A stretch of 64,000 bases of DNA, taken from a virus. The stretch is from positions 16,387-80,386 of IMG/VR virus record IMGVR_UViG_3300042691_025267. The stretch is one strand, 5' to 3'. A program made the translations under genes and the position numbers. Below are positions 1 to 10,085 of the stretch, piece by piece (within the stretch, counting starts at the first letter, position 1; every line of letters begins with the position of its first letter). The notes below the pieces were generated by a model. The model was given only the letters and a program-made list of their open reading frames with translations. It had not been told where the DNA came from and made no database searches.

Positions 1-1938
1 TTGATTGGTTTCCAAATCATACGTCTTGTCCAATGCGTAACGTTTCTTTGCAACCCAGAATCCAGTACTAGCAACCGATTCTCCTTTAATGAACAAACGA
101 TGATCGTTACAATTAAATGCTTTCTTAGCAAATACATTATAAAAGTTATTTAACTTATCTTCCATTTGTCGGGCAAGATCAATCGTAAACTGCTTGGGTA
201 CAACCCCATCAGTCAACAACGGTTTGGCAGATGCGTAGATAGAATCCGTATCAATATACACTACGTAATCTTTCTCGTCTCCCAACAACTTTTCATAATA
301 CTTGTTAACGACCTTTGCCGTAGACTTAATCACATCTTGTCCAGAGATCGTAACTGCGGCAGCATTGTCAACGTCATAGAAACGGAAGACGGGCAGACCC
401 AGCACACCATACAACGAGTTCAAGAAAATCTTCTGAATATGTTGACGACGATCATAATAGTCCGCCAGTTCCTTGTTTCCTTCATTGACATACTTCTTCA
501 TGGTATTCTTGTATTCTACACGAAGATTAAACCACGTATCCAATACCTCTGGAATAATACCCTTCTTATCATTATTATATAATACACCGTTGGAACTAAT
601 AGTCAGATTATTATCCACAAGGAATCCCATGAAGGTATCATAGTCCATTTCCATTGACGTATCTATACCCTTTTCTTCCACCACATATGCAACAATTTCT
701 TTCTTGAAGTGTTGTTCCATATTCCAGTTGCGAACATACCCCACTTTTGTTTCGGGTGAAATGTTCAAGCTCATGATAATGGATGGATACAGCGACTGTA
801 AGTCCAGTGAATAGACCCAATCATACAGACCAGGCGTTGGATCCTTTACGAACGCTCCGATGAATCCTTCTTCCCCATCATCCAGTGCTTCCATCTTTTC
901 CCGTGCATTTTGTGGCTTATCCGTCACAATGATTCCCTTGCGATGCAGATAGGTTACAATCGTACCTTCAAGGAATCGCGATGACATGGGATAATCTTCG
1001 TATGGCACGTGACCGATATGACAGATCCCACGAACCAACTCAATCAACTTGAGTTTCCGATCCATCTCCACAATGATCCGCACGTCCTGTAAGTTATACT
1101 CAATAAACTTATCTAGATCGTCACGGAACAATTGATCCAGTGATCCTTCATATGGAACCTTACCCATGTTCACTTCAATGCGACCAATCGTATCCAACCG
1201 ATAATTGGGTTGCTGCGTATAGGTAAACTTCTTATAGAGATCCAGATAATCTAGACTAGACACACCCGCAATCTTATATCGTTCCAATCGTTCCGAATAC
1301 TTGACCTTACCGATTGGACTGAGTTTATTGGCGATAGACTGACCACATACTTGTCTGATACGATTATACAGATAGGGAACGTCAAATCCATTACTATTCC
1401 ATCCCGTAATAATAGTAGGTTGGATTTGTTCGTAGACAGTAATGAACGCATGTAATAGTTCTACCTCACTGGTACAGAAGATAATATCTGTTTCCTCAGT
1501 AGATTTATTTTCGTACATCGCCGTCTTATCCAACACGAGTACAATATATTTCTTAATCGTAGGATCGTATAAGGCAATAGATGTCACTTCATTATTTGGC
1601 GTATGGATGTCTGGGATTCCATTCGTCATCGACACCTCAATGTCAAAGAACAATACGATATTCCCTTCTGATGGGGAATCTTCGTTTAAATATAAATCAG
1701 TTAATACCCGTGTCTCTTTGGGTAGATCACTTTCAAATATATTGGGATGACCACGGGTAAACCTGCGAGTCTTACTCACACGAACACCCGTCATACTTAG
1801 ATACTTTCCAGACGGATCTTTTACATACGCATAATTAAAATCAGACAACGGCAAAGTTACCAGACCCTTTGCGTCATCCCAAATATAAACTGTTTGTTCA
1901 TCGTCTTGCTGATCAATATAAATATTTTGATACGCCAT
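1..1938 (-). CDS. Family B DNA polymerase (T4 gp43-like), 3' end beyond window edge
   Basis: Not in the ORF track. Manual translation from ATG 1938 (MAYQNIYIDQ..., SD GAGG) is open to base 1. Contains exo I FFDIEV, exo II GWNSNGFDVPY, motif A DLQSLYPS, motif B KIFLNSLYG and motif C YIDTDS. Confidence 0.95.
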   Translation of the reverse strand, partial: MAYQNIYIDQQDDEQTVYIWDDAKGLVTLPLSDFNYAYVKDPSGKYLSMTGVRVSKTRRFTRGHPNIFESDLPKETRVLTDLYLNEDSPSEGNIVLFFDIEVSMTNGIPDIHTPNNEVTSIALYDPTIKKYIVLVLDKTAMYENKSTEETDIIFCTSEVELLHAFITVYEQIQPTIITGWNSNGFDVPYLYNRIRQVCGQSIANKLSPIGKVKYSERLERYKIAGVSSLDYLDLYKKFTYTQQPNYRLDTIGRIEVNMGKVPYEGSLDQLFRDDLDKFIEYNLQDVRIIVEMDRKLKLIELVRGICHIGHVPYEDYPMSSRFLEGTIVTYLHRKGIIVTDKPQNAREKMEALDDGEEGFIGAFVKDPTPGLYDWVYSLDLQSLYPSIIMSLNISPETKVGYVRNWNMEQHFKKEIVAYVVEEKGIDTSMEMDYDTFMGFLVDNNLTISSNGVLYNNDKKGIIPEVLDTWFNLRVEYKNTMKKYVNEGNKELADYYDRRQHIQKIFLNSLYGVLGLPVFRFYDVDNAAAVTISGQDVIKSTAKVVNKYYEKLLGDEKDYVVYIDTDSIYASAKPLLTDGVVPKQFTIDLARQMEDKLNNFYNVFAKKAFNCNDHRLFIKGESVASTGFWVAKKRYALDKTYDLETNQ

Positions 1939-1965
1939 AGCACCTCAAGAGTAAATACCTACCGT

Positions 1966-1994
1966 AATATACAACAAAGGGACTTGAAGTTCAA
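1966..1994 (-). promoter_or_regulatory. Sigma70-like promoter for polB
   Basis: TTGAAC-17 nt-TATATT on the minus strand, just upstream of the polB SD and ATG. Confidence 0.6.
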
Positions 1995-2000
1995 GTCCCT
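1978..2000 (-). terminator. Perfect 11-bp inverted repeat, probable intrinsic terminator of dut
   Basis: AGGGACTTGAA-C-TTCAAGTCCCT followed by TTGTTGT on the minus strand; overlaps the dut stop and the polB -35 box. Confidence 0.55.
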
Positions 2001-2410
2001 GTGCTGCCGAATCCGTTTGCATTTCTTCCGTCACTAGACGATATTTCTTGAACTTCCTCTACTGAAAAATCCACGGTCGGAATCAATATGAGTTGTGCAA
2101 TCTTTTCACCTGCGTAAATCTTATCAGCACTTTCCGTTGAGTTATATAATGCAATTTTAATCTCTCCCGTGTATCCGTTATCAATTACTCCTGCAACAAC
2201 AAACAATCCTTGTTTGGTAGCAACTGATGAACGATCACGAATTAGTCCACCATATCCTTCTGGAAACTGAACAGCGATTCCTGTGGATAGTAGTTTGGTT
2301 TCTCCTGCATAAATTACAATGTCTTCTACGCAAAAGAGATCGTATCCTAAATCACCTGCATGTGCTTTTCGTGGAAGAGTTGCTTCTTCACGTAACCGTT
2401 TAACTTTCAT
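1991..2410 (-). CDS. dut: Trimeric dUTPase
   Basis: Motifs GYDL, RSS, GVIDNGYTGEI, AQL and C-terminal RNANGFGSTG. Confidence 0.97.
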   Translation of the reverse strand: MKVKRLREEATLPRKAHAGDLGYDLFCVEDIVIYAGETKLLSTGIAVQFPEGYGGLIRDRSSVATKQGLFVVAGVIDNGYTGEIKIALYNSTESADKIYAGEKIAQLILIPTVDFSVEEVQEISSSDGRNANGFGSTGT

Positions 2411-2784
2411 TATATCCGTTCTCCAAATCGTTTAAATACTTCATCAATATTATCATGAATATATTTTTTCATAGTTTCTTCATCACCACCACCTGGCTTA
2501 TCCGTCAACTCAATCCCTCTACAAAATCCTTTGAAGTGTGGTACGCCAGATATTTTCCATGTTTCATAACAGTAGGTCATTTGTTCTCCTGGTTCCCATG
2601 CATGAATCTTATAAAAACGAATCCTTGCATTTCTTTCCTTGAAAAATTTTGCGGCGGCTTCATAGTTAGGCAGTGTTGCTTGACATGGACCACACTTGTC
2701 CCCATAAAACATAATAATATGAATATCGTTATCGGGAACAGGTAACCCTTTAATCATGTCATTCATTGTAACTTCTGTAACCAT
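2410..2784 (-). CDS. Thioredoxin-like protein
   Basis: FYGDKCGPC CxxC motif and cis-Pro region ISGVPHF. Confidence 0.8.
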   Translation of the reverse strand: MVTEVTMNDMIKGLPVPDNDIHIIMFYGDKCGPCQATLPNYEAAAKFFKERNARIRFYKIHAWEPGEQMTYCYETWKISGVPHFKGFCRGIELTDKPGGGDEETMKKYIHDNIDEVFKRFGERI

Positions 2785-2793
2785 AACAGTTCC

Positions 2794-3153
2794 TCACTTA
2801 AGATATCTTTTTAACTTAGATCTTATTTTTTTAACATTATCTCTTATATCACATTCCCACAAATTTATAAACCTATATCCAAGTTCTTCAAATCGTTTCT
2901 TTCTCTCTAAATCACGATTCCAGATTTCTCTTGCAGTTTTTTTCTTACCTTTATTAAAGTAATCCGGTTTATATCTTTGTGGGTTACAGTGCCAGAAATC
3001 ACCATAACACTCTATAATATACTTATCACCGACCAAAAAGTCAACATTATATTTGTCAATTTCTACTTGTACTTTAAACTTGACTTTTAATTTTTTCAGT
3101 ATATCAAAAACTGTTTGTTCAATCTTATTAAGCGATGTATTCTTATCGCTCAT
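2794..3153 (-). CDS. Vsr/DUF559-like endonuclease
   Basis: VDFLV...IIECYGDFWH...RDLERKKRFEELGYRFINLWECDI; basic protein. Confidence 0.8.
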   Translation of the reverse strand: MSDKNTSLNKIEQTVFDILKKLKVKFKVQVEIDKYNVDFLVGDKYIIECYGDFWHCNPQRYKPDYFNKGKKKTAREIWNRDLERKKRFEELGYRFINLWECDIRDNVKKIRSKLKRYLK

Positions 3154-3163
3154 ACATCAAACG

Positions 3164-3433
3164 TCATGTGGTTTCTCTGGCTGCATCAAATGCGGTAATA
3201 TATTTTTCTTTATGATTTAATCCGACTAATCTAGCAACGATCTGATTATCTTTTTCCACAATCACCGTGGGAACATTACGAATCCCGTACAACTCTGCTG
3301 CATCTGAATCGGTATCAACGTCCACCGTTTTAAATGTAATATCGGTGAATTGTTCTTCAAACTTCTTGAACTCTGGTGCCAGCACTTTACACGGCTGACA
3401 CCAGGGGGCGGTAAATCTTGTAACATTAATCAT
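3164..3433 (-). CDS. trxA: Thioredoxin
   Basis: FTAPWCQPCK, VDVD, YGIRNVPT. Start moved to ATG 3433 (GGAG SD). Adjacent to RNR. Confidence 0.9.
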   Translation of the reverse strand: MINVTRFTAPWCQPCKVLAPEFKKFEEQFTDITFKTVDVDTDSDAAELYGIRNVPTVIVEKDNQIVARLVGLNHKEKYITAFDAARETT

Positions 3434-3454
3434 GAACCATTTCTCCAATAAATA

Positions 3455-5305
3455 TTAAATTACTTCACATCCACCACCACCGCACGCAACTTCACCAGCC
3501 AGATTCGTATCATCGCCGATTTCTACGACTTGACTTAAATCAATTGCATGTAAGTGGGAAATTAATTCTTCGTACTTCTCCTTTGTGCAGTCTTCAAACG
3601 GAGCCTGAACATACGAGTGATCAGAATGTGGCAACACCGACAGTGCTGTAAAGTTTTCCTTGTTCGTCCACATCCATTCCCCAACGTCAACCCATTCTCC
3701 ATCTTTAATAGATACGGTAACGGAGACATTGTTTTTGTTCTCACCCTTACGATGTCCTTGCTTCACCCATTCCTTCCACACCTTACTCACACGATGAAGA
3801 AGATCTAACGCACTTTCTTCACGGGTCACAGCACCTTCTGGAGCACGTTGCGGAACACTGATTACTGACTGTTGGTTGGGCTTGAAGTAATCGTCTTCCA
3901 AGAGTTCTGGATGATTGAACATCAAGTATGAATAAATACTTTCGTTCTTACCCACTCGTACACGACGGATGTAGTAATCGTTATGCCAAGCGTGAATTCC
4001 AGAAGAAGTTCCAAGAACCAGAGAAGAGGTACCTTCGGGTTTTACCGTAGTAGTACGGGCAGCCTTCTTGATGCCGATGATTTCTGCGACTCGTTCGTTT
4101 TCCGCCTTCACTACGTTCGCTGCTTCCTTCATGTCCAACTTCAGTACTGCACCAGACGCAATGCCGGTCATACTGACGCCAATCAACGCTTCTCGTTCCG
4201 TGGTCTTTTTCCATATATCTCTCAAGTAATGAAAGTTCGTGTAACTTGCTTGAAGAGTCCCGATGAAGGCGGCAGCCCGTGCGCGGGCATTCAAATCATC
4301 TTGACTATCAACATTACCCGCATTGATAGTGGTCAAGTTACAGAATTGAAAGGGACGGAGAGAGATTTCCGCGCACGGGTTTAAGCCCCAACTTGCATCA
4401 TTCGTGAAAAAGAAACCAGGTTCGCCGGATCCACTAAGTTCAATCTTCTTCCACAATTCTAAGAAGACTTCCTTTTCAATCTTATGACGAACAATGACCG
4501 CACTGTTATTCGCACGGGCACGTTGTGGATTGTTTTCCCACCAGTTACCGAACTTACAGGTGAGCATATCATCATCGTCCAAATCAAACAGAGAGATCAT
4601 TGCCGAACGACGAATACCACCAGACAATACTGCATCAGCAATGTAGCAAAGGATGTCATGGACTTCAATAGATGACAACTGTTCACCACTCTGCTTACGA
4701 TCAAAGATCTTTTGGATGTTATGAAGTGCATCCTTGAGTGGTTCTGGACCAGGCGCCTTTCCGCCACTCGTCAACAGTAATGCACCTTTCTGACGAACAT
4801 CACGGAAATCAAATAATGGAAGTGGCTTACCCTTTAAGTATGAGGCAACCAATACCTTCACTGCATCTGCCCATCCTTCAATACTATCACCGACAAGATA
4901 TCGGCGTGTCTTTGATGGTTTGGTGACCTCTGGAAGTTTTTCAATATGCTGACGTTGTACTGAATATCCTACACCTGTTCCCGAAAGAAGAAGGAACATC
5001 ACTTCACTAAACGCATCTGCGTGATCAATAGGTAAGAAGCAACAGTTATATAGACGTGCGTTATTAATTCCAATCGGCTTTCCTGCGAACTGTAATGAAC
5101 GCATGGATGGAAGAATCTTTTTATCGTATACAAATTTATAAGCTGCTTCAATTTCATCTACTAAATGTGGAAACTTTTCCACATGCATTTGTTTATTTCT
5201 TGTTACTAACTCGTCCCACGTTTCTCTTCGTTGTTTTTCTGGTACGTACTTTGCGTACTTCATGAATGTCGTAATGTCTGACAGCAGCTTAGATTCTAAC
5301 AACAT
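3455..5305 (-). CDS. nrdJ: Class II (adenosylcobalamin-dependent) ribonucleotide reductase
   Basis: LPSMRSL, GTGVGYSV, GGIRRSA, NPCAEI active site, TTVKPEGTSS, C-terminal CGGGGC; no nrdB nearby. Confidence 0.92.
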   Translation of the reverse strand: MLLESKLLSDITTFMKYAKYVPEKQRRETWDELVTRNKQMHVEKFPHLVDEIEAAYKFVYDKKILPSMRSLQFAGKPIGINNARLYNCCFLPIDHADAFSEVMFLLLSGTGVGYSVQRQHIEKLPEVTKPSKTRRYLVGDSIEGWADAVKVLVASYLKGKPLPLFDFRDVRQKGALLLTSGGKAPGPEPLKDALHNIQKIFDRKQSGEQLSSIEVHDILCYIADAVLSGGIRRSAMISLFDLDDDDMLTCKFGNWWENNPQRARANNSAVIVRHKIEKEVFLELWKKIELSGSGEPGFFFTNDASWGLNPCAEISLRPFQFCNLTTINAGNVDSQDDLNARARAAAFIGTLQASYTNFHYLRDIWKKTTEREALIGVSMTGIASGAVLKLDMKEAANVVKAENERVAEIIGIKKAARTTTVKPEGTSSLVLGTSSGIHAWHNDYYIRRVRVGKNESIYSYLMFNHPELLEDDYFKPNQQSVISVPQRAPEGAVTREESALDLLHRVSKVWKEWVKQGHRKGENKNNVSVTVSIKDGEWVDVGEWMWTNKENFTALSVLPHSDHSYVQAPFEDCTKEKYEELISHLHAIDLSQVVEIGDDTNLAGEVACGGGGCEVI

Positions 5306-5351
5306 CTATACTTCTCCAAATAGTTGAGGTTTGTCGGTTCTTATAAGTATA

Positions 5352-6737
5352 TCACTCGCCGTCAGAAAAATCGTCGTGTAACTCATTAAATTTCTTTGCT
5401 AGAGTTTTCTTCAACATACTTTCCCCGGCTTGCATTTGCTTCTTCAATAGAATTCCCTTGGAGGAATTTTCATCATAAATTTCAATTTTTCCAATACTCG
5501 TATTCATAAATACTGGGAGCGTAACACCATCAGCACCGAAACGATTTTTCATTACGTGTGCTCTACCTGTATGATTTGCTTTATCTTCCAGTTTACGGGA
5601 AAGTGAAATCACCAAGTCTGCGTTCATAATCTTTTCATACGACGATGCAATCTTATCTGCTTGAATGACTTCATCTTGGATACTAGACCGTTGTGTTTGA
5701 CTCGCAGTCCAGCACGGAAGTCCCATCTCACCAGAGAGTCCGCGAAGTTCCTTGTAGATTTGTCCAAGTTCTTCATGTCGTGCATCAGACCGTTCTGTAG
5801 ACCTCATAAGATCTGCGTAGTCAATCAACATGATATCGGGTTTCATCTTATTCGCAATCAAGTGTTCTAAGTGTGCTTGAATGGTGTGAGTGGTGATGGC
5901 GCTAGGTGGATAGTATTTAATAACAATATCACCCATTACTCCATCAACGACACCACGAACTTGATCTGCATTATTTGGAATATTCCCAGGTTCAATTCCT
6001 GTGAAGATGGTATCAAATCGTAGACCCACATAATTTTCATTTAATTCTAATGTGTAGTACACCACACGTTTTCCTGCACGTGCCGCATTCGCACCAATCG
6101 TGGCAAGTGCCCAACTCTTACCGATACCAGACGGAGCAGCAATAACACCCAATTCGCCAGACGCAAGTCCACCACCAATCAATGTATCAATTGCATCCCA
6201 TCCCGTAGGAATAACATTTCGTGTTTCACCTGCCAACCGCATTTCAATATCTTTCTTCCAATCATGACCAATGTTGCGTGGCTGACCAGACTTCAATGCA
6301 GTATCTACGAGACTCTTAATGTCTCCATATCGTCCAGCTTGAAGAAGATCAACGGACTTAATGATTGCAGACTTCAGTGCTTGATTCTTTGCGAAGTCAA
6401 GAAAACTATCTTTGATATACTGCAAGTCATCATCGTTCTTACGTTGAAACGCCGTACGTAGTTGTTCCTTCACGGCAATCTTCAATACATCATCATTTAC
6501 TCTATCCAATTCAATCTTAAATACTTCAAGAGTAGGAACTGCTTTATATTGTGTGAAATAATCCATCGTCTGTTCAACAATCCATTGACCCGCATCACTT
6601 TCAAAGAATTTTGGATTGAGTACATCCAATGACTGTTGTAAGAAATCAGTTGATGATAACAAGTTAGCCAACACTTTCGCCTGAAAGGTTGGTCCATATT
6701 TTGCCAAATTGTCTACGGTCGTATCAGTTTGTGTCAT
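5352..6737 (-). CDS. Replicative DnaB/gp41-like helicase
   Basis: Walker A APSGIGKS, TLEL, IDYADL, TASQTQR, KNRFG. Confidence 0.93.
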   Translation of the reverse strand: MTQTDTTVDNLAKYGPTFQAKVLANLLSSTDFLQQSLDVLNPKFFESDAGQWIVEQTMDYFTQYKAVPTLEVFKIELDRVNDDVLKIAVKEQLRTAFQRKNDDDLQYIKDSFLDFAKNQALKSAIIKSVDLLQAGRYGDIKSLVDTALKSGQPRNIGHDWKKDIEMRLAGETRNVIPTGWDAIDTLIGGGLASGELGVIAAPSGIGKSWALATIGANAARAGKRVVYYTLELNENYVGLRFDTIFTGIEPGNIPNNADQVRGVVDGVMGDIVIKYYPPSAITTHTIQAHLEHLIANKMKPDIMLIDYADLMRSTERSDARHEELGQIYKELRGLSGEMGLPCWTASQTQRSSIQDEVIQADKIASSYEKIMNADLVISLSRKLEDKANHTGRAHVMKNRFGADGVTLPVFMNTSIGKIEIYDENSSKGILLKKQMQAGESMLKKTLAKKFNELHDDFSDGE

Positions 6738-7773
6738 GCGTAAATCTATTAAGGGGAATGAACGTCTGTGCTAACCACGAGTCGTAGTTAGGGAACGCAC
6801 CTAGTAATTTAGTTCTCATCATTAACTTTGTCAAGTCATATTTTCTGAATTCAACTGTTGCATTATGAAACATATTCACCACTTTCATACGTGCATCGGT
6901 TGACATCATACCTTCGTGTAGATTCATCAGCTGAATATTTCGTTCCACAATATCACGATTATCAAGGATATTAGAAATAACTTTAGGTATCTTTTTTGTG
7001 TCACCATATTTATCTTCAATAAATTGTAAATTAATATCAATGGATGGATCAACAATTTCTGGAATATATTTCTTTAATGTTGCTTGTCCAACGCCCTTAA
7101 CTCCTTCAATATTGTCGCTGTTATCACCATCAAGTGCTCTATAAAAATAGAAATGCTTCGGATGTATTCCATACTCTTCCAGAACTACATCCACATCAAA
7201 TGTTTTCTTCTTGACGGGATTATACATTTTAACTGAGTCAGACACGAGTTGTAAGAAATCTTTATCAGTGGAATAAATAATACTATGTCCACCTTCCGCT
7301 GTTACTAATTGACTTAGTTGTCCAATTACATCATCTGCTTCAACATTATCTAATGCAAGAATTGTGACGGGTAAACATTCTAACATCTCAATCAGTGATA
7401 CCAATTGAAACTTCATGTTTTCTTTTTCTTGTTCGTCCGTAGTTAAATCATACGCACGATTTAGACGTACTGGTGGCTTTCTATTTGCCTTATACTGTGG
7501 GTAAATCTTTCTCCGTCGTTGACTTCCACCTTTTCCATCAAATACCAACACGACACGAGTCGGCTTGAATGTACGAATCGCAAGACCAATACTTTTGAGA
7601 AATCCAATCATTCCGCCAATATGATGTCCATCTTCATTCATTGACGGAACCACTGTATAAGATCGTAAGAATGTATTAAGTCCATCGACCAACAGGACAC
7701 GAGAATTATATCCCATGCCCTGTTGGTCGTTTTCAAACTTCATGTTGTGGAAAATACTTTGGAGATCAGCCAT
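6724..7773 (-). CDS. 5'-3' exonuclease / flap endonuclease (T4 RNase H-like)
   Basis: LLVDG, VFDGKG, YKANR, EADDVI, STDKDFLQL, GDNSDNIEGVKGVG. Confidence 0.93.
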   Translation of the reverse strand: MADLQSIFHNMKFENDQQGMGYNSRVLLVDGLNTFLRSYTVVPSMNEDGHHIGGMIGFLKSIGLAIRTFKPTRVVLVFDGKGGSQRRRKIYPQYKANRKPPVRLNRAYDLTTDEQEKENMKFQLVSLIEMLECLPVTILALDNVEADDVIGQLSQLVTAEGGHSIIYSTDKDFLQLVSDSVKMYNPVKKKTFDVDVVLEEYGIHPKHFYFYRALDGDNSDNIEGVKGVGQATLKKYIPEIVDPSIDINLQFIEDKYGDTKKIPKVISNILDNRDIVERNIQLMNLHEGMMSTDARMKVVNMFHNATVEFRKYDLTKLMMRTKLLGAFPNYDSWLAQTFIPLNRFTHDTN

Positions 7774-8008
7774 GTAGTAAAATGTTATGAGAACTGGTTG
7801 CGTTACTAATCGTGTTGGTGTTCCATGTTCCCATCAAATTTCCCCTATTAATTGTATAGGTATGTGATGGTAGATTAGAGCAATACTTTTGCATTAACGC
7901 CGTTCGCACTTCCAACTCAAACATGGGTGTAATATCATATTCATCACCATGTGTATCGGAATATGCACGCATGACTAACTGTACGATGTCTTCTAAATTA
8001 TTCGTCAT
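7766..8008 (-). CDS. Hypothetical protein
   Basis: Fills the recA-exonuclease gap with overlaps at both ends; ATG 8008 follows GGGAG. Confidence 0.55.
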   Translation of the reverse strand: MTNNLEDIVQLVMRAYSDTHGDEYDITPMFELEVRTALMQKYCSNLPSHTYTINRGNLMGTWNTNTISNATSSHNILLHG

Positions 8009-9134
8009 CGGAGGCTCCCGTAATACTAATGGCTTCTGGATCAAATTCGGTCTGATACTTCATGATGAGTGAGTCACAGATCGTTTGATAAATGACTTCC
8101 TTTCGTTCCGCATCTGCATCCAAGAACTTACTGAACTCCTTGGATTGGAATTTGGTTTCTTCGCCTGTCGTTGGATCCACATAGGTATACCACGCACCTG
8201 CTTGCTTCACCAACTTGTTTTCCTTCATGACATCCAACCACGATCCCGCATCATCAATTCCACGATTGAAATAAATTTGGAATTCCGCAGTACGATGTGG
8301 TGGACCCAAACGATTCTTGACGATGTTTGCTTTCACCTTCACACCAATCACATCACCGCCAGAATTACTAATCTTACCCATCAGATTCAAACGGAGCCGA
8401 GTAGATGCATGGAATGCAATTGCCTTACCACCCGAAGTCGTCCACGGATCACTAAACGCCATTGCGTTCATCTTCTGACGGAGTTGGTTTGTAAAGACTA
8501 GTGCGATTCGCTCTCGTCCAAGAAGTCCTGTAATCTTACGCATTGCCTTGGAGATAATGATTGCTTTATCTGTAGCATATCCGTCCTTTCCAAAATCGGC
8601 TTCCATTTCTTTCTTCGTGGAGGCAGCAGCAACAGAATCCACGACAATGGTAACCAACTTATCCTTATCTTTCCCAGTCCGTACCTTCTCAATAATTGTG
8701 GTGACAGCATCAAAAATTTCCTCAACAGTCTGTAAATGAACATAGACTAGTTTATTTGTATCAATACCCACCGCCTTAAAGAACTCAGGGTTGACTGCCG
8801 TTTCCGTATCAATGAGTACACCGACACCACCACGCTTCTGTGTGTTAGCGATCAACTGTGCTCCAATCAACGACTTACCAGAACCTTCCAATCCCGTCAA
8901 TTCGGTAATACGACCAACGGCAATACCACCGTGCGGACGATTACTGATAGCAATGTCCAACATGGTATTACCCGTTGAAATGAAATCGGTAAAGTCGGTA
9001 GGTGTTTCTTCACGACCATCAAGGAAGTATGCGATCTGATCGCTATCCTTGTTCATCTTATTGAGTGAGTCTGCAATAAGGGACGCCAGTTCATCACGAT
9101 CTGGTTCTTGAATGACCTTCTTTTCTTTTGCCAT
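7998..9134 (-). CDS. recA: RecA/UvsX recombinase
   Basis: ISTGN, GLEGSGKS, IDTE, VVDSVAA, FTNQLR, TSGGKAIAFHAS, KNRLGPP. Confidence 0.95.
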   Translation of the reverse strand: MAKEKKVIQEPDRDELASLIADSLNKMNKDSDQIAYFLDGREETPTDFTDFISTGNTMLDIAISNRPHGGIAVGRITELTGLEGSGKSLIGAQLIANTQKRGGVGVLIDTETAVNPEFFKAVGIDTNKLVYVHLQTVEEIFDAVTTIIEKVRTGKDKDKLVTIVVDSVAAASTKKEMEADFGKDGYATDKAIIISKAMRKITGLLGRERIALVFTNQLRQKMNAMAFSDPWTTSGGKAIAFHASTRLRLNLMGKISNSGGDVIGVKVKANIVKNRLGPPHRTAEFQIYFNRGIDDAGSWLDVMKENKLVKQAGAWYTYVDPTTGEETKFQSKEFSKFLDADAERKEVIYQTICDSLIMKYQTEFDPEAISITGASDDE

Positions 9135-9172
9135 AAATGTTTCCTATAAAATACGTTAATGACTCACTAAGA

Positions 9173-9201
9173 AATCTAGTGAGCCATTAGCGTAATGTCA
9201 A
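9173..9201 (-). promoter_or_regulatory. Sigma70-like promoter for recA inside a hairpin (9157-9189)
   Basis: TTGACA-17-TAGATT; inverted repeat TAATGGCTCACTA/TAGTGAGTCATTA with the -10 box at the loop. Confidence 0.6.
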
Positions 9202-9207
9202 GAGTGA

Positions 9208-9993
9208 TTAATTAAATACTTCGTCAAACTCATCAATCATATCTTTGACTGATGTTGTCTTCTGGGTAGTTGCAGACTTTGCTGCTGTCGGTGAAGTGAC
9301 GGGAGTATCCTCAACGGTCTTCTGTGTTGGGACCGCTGGACCACTGCTTGGATCAAGATACCGTTCAAGGGTGACCTTCAATTCCTCATACGAGGGTTCC
9401 TTGAAGATGGCACGAATGTCGGGCTGATCAGTGAGGAACTTTTCAATCTGTTCGGCAGTTCCAGCCGGAGTCTGATTTGGCTTTGGACGAACCATCGTCT
9501 TAGCGAAGTTCGTGTCGGACTTTTCCTGTGGGACATACTCAACCACAATGTCACGACCGTTCTTTACATCGGTGATATCGCCGTAATCGGGATCAGAGAT
9601 GATAGAGAGAAGCTCGGTATACACCGTCTTGCCAAACGACATGAAACGAACGCCCTTATCTTCCTCACCACGAACGAGGATTGGAACAAACGTACGGAGC
9701 TTCGGACGGAATACACGAGACTGTGCCCAATCATCCTTAGTACCGCCGGCAGCAAGTGCCTCGGCGAACTCCATGATCGGATCACGGTTACCATAGGATG
9801 TTGGGGAAAGGTGGGTCTTATTACCCAGATAGTGGAAGTACAGTTCAATAAAAGGATTTTCCTTATTTTCCTTCCACGGAACAATACGAATGACGTGCTT
9901 GCCTTCGGTGGGCTTCCAGAGAGCGTCGGTACGATCTCCCTGGCGATTAAACTGATTGAGCTTAGCCTTAAGTGCTGCGATGTTTAGCGACAT
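9208..9993 (-). CDS. Single-stranded DNA-binding protein (gp32-like)
   Basis: LWKPTEG-VIRIVP, DYGDITD-GRDI, acidic C-tail IDEFDEVFN; adjacent to recA; AAGGAG SD. Confidence 0.85.
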   Translation of the reverse strand: MSLNIAALKAKLNQFNRQGDRTDALWKPTEGKHVIRIVPWKENKENPFIELYFHYLGNKTHLSPTSYGNRDPIMEFAEALAAGGTKDDWAQSRVFRPKLRTFVPILVRGEEDKGVRFMSFGKTVYTELLSIISDPDYGDITDVKNGRDIVVEYVPQEKSDTNFAKTMVRPKPNQTPAGTAEQIEKFLTDQPDIRAIFKEPSYEELKVTLERYLDPSSGPAVPTQKTVEDTPVTSPTAAKSATTQKTTSVKDMIDEFDEVFN

Positions 9994-10047
9994 AGTGTAC
10001 TCCTTAGTGTTTAGTGTGTTTAGTGAGTTTAAAACTCCCTATCACGA

Positions 10048-10076
10048 ATAGTAATAGGGTACTGCTTAGATGTCAA
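10048..10076 (-). promoter_or_regulatory. Sigma70-like promoter for ssb
   Basis: TTGACA-17-TACTAT; inverted repeat CCCTATTAC/GTGATAGGG spans the -10 box. Confidence 0.65.
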
Positions 10077-10085
10077 GTCAAATGT

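Noticed and set aside
166-1750. Short ORFs listed in the track over the first 1.9 kb
   Set aside because: All overlap the minus-strand polB frame, which carries the full motif set.
1-9134. Introns or inteins in polB, nrdJ, helicase or recA
   Set aside because: Lengths and motif spacing are normal; no intein splice motifs or LAGLIDADG blocks seen.
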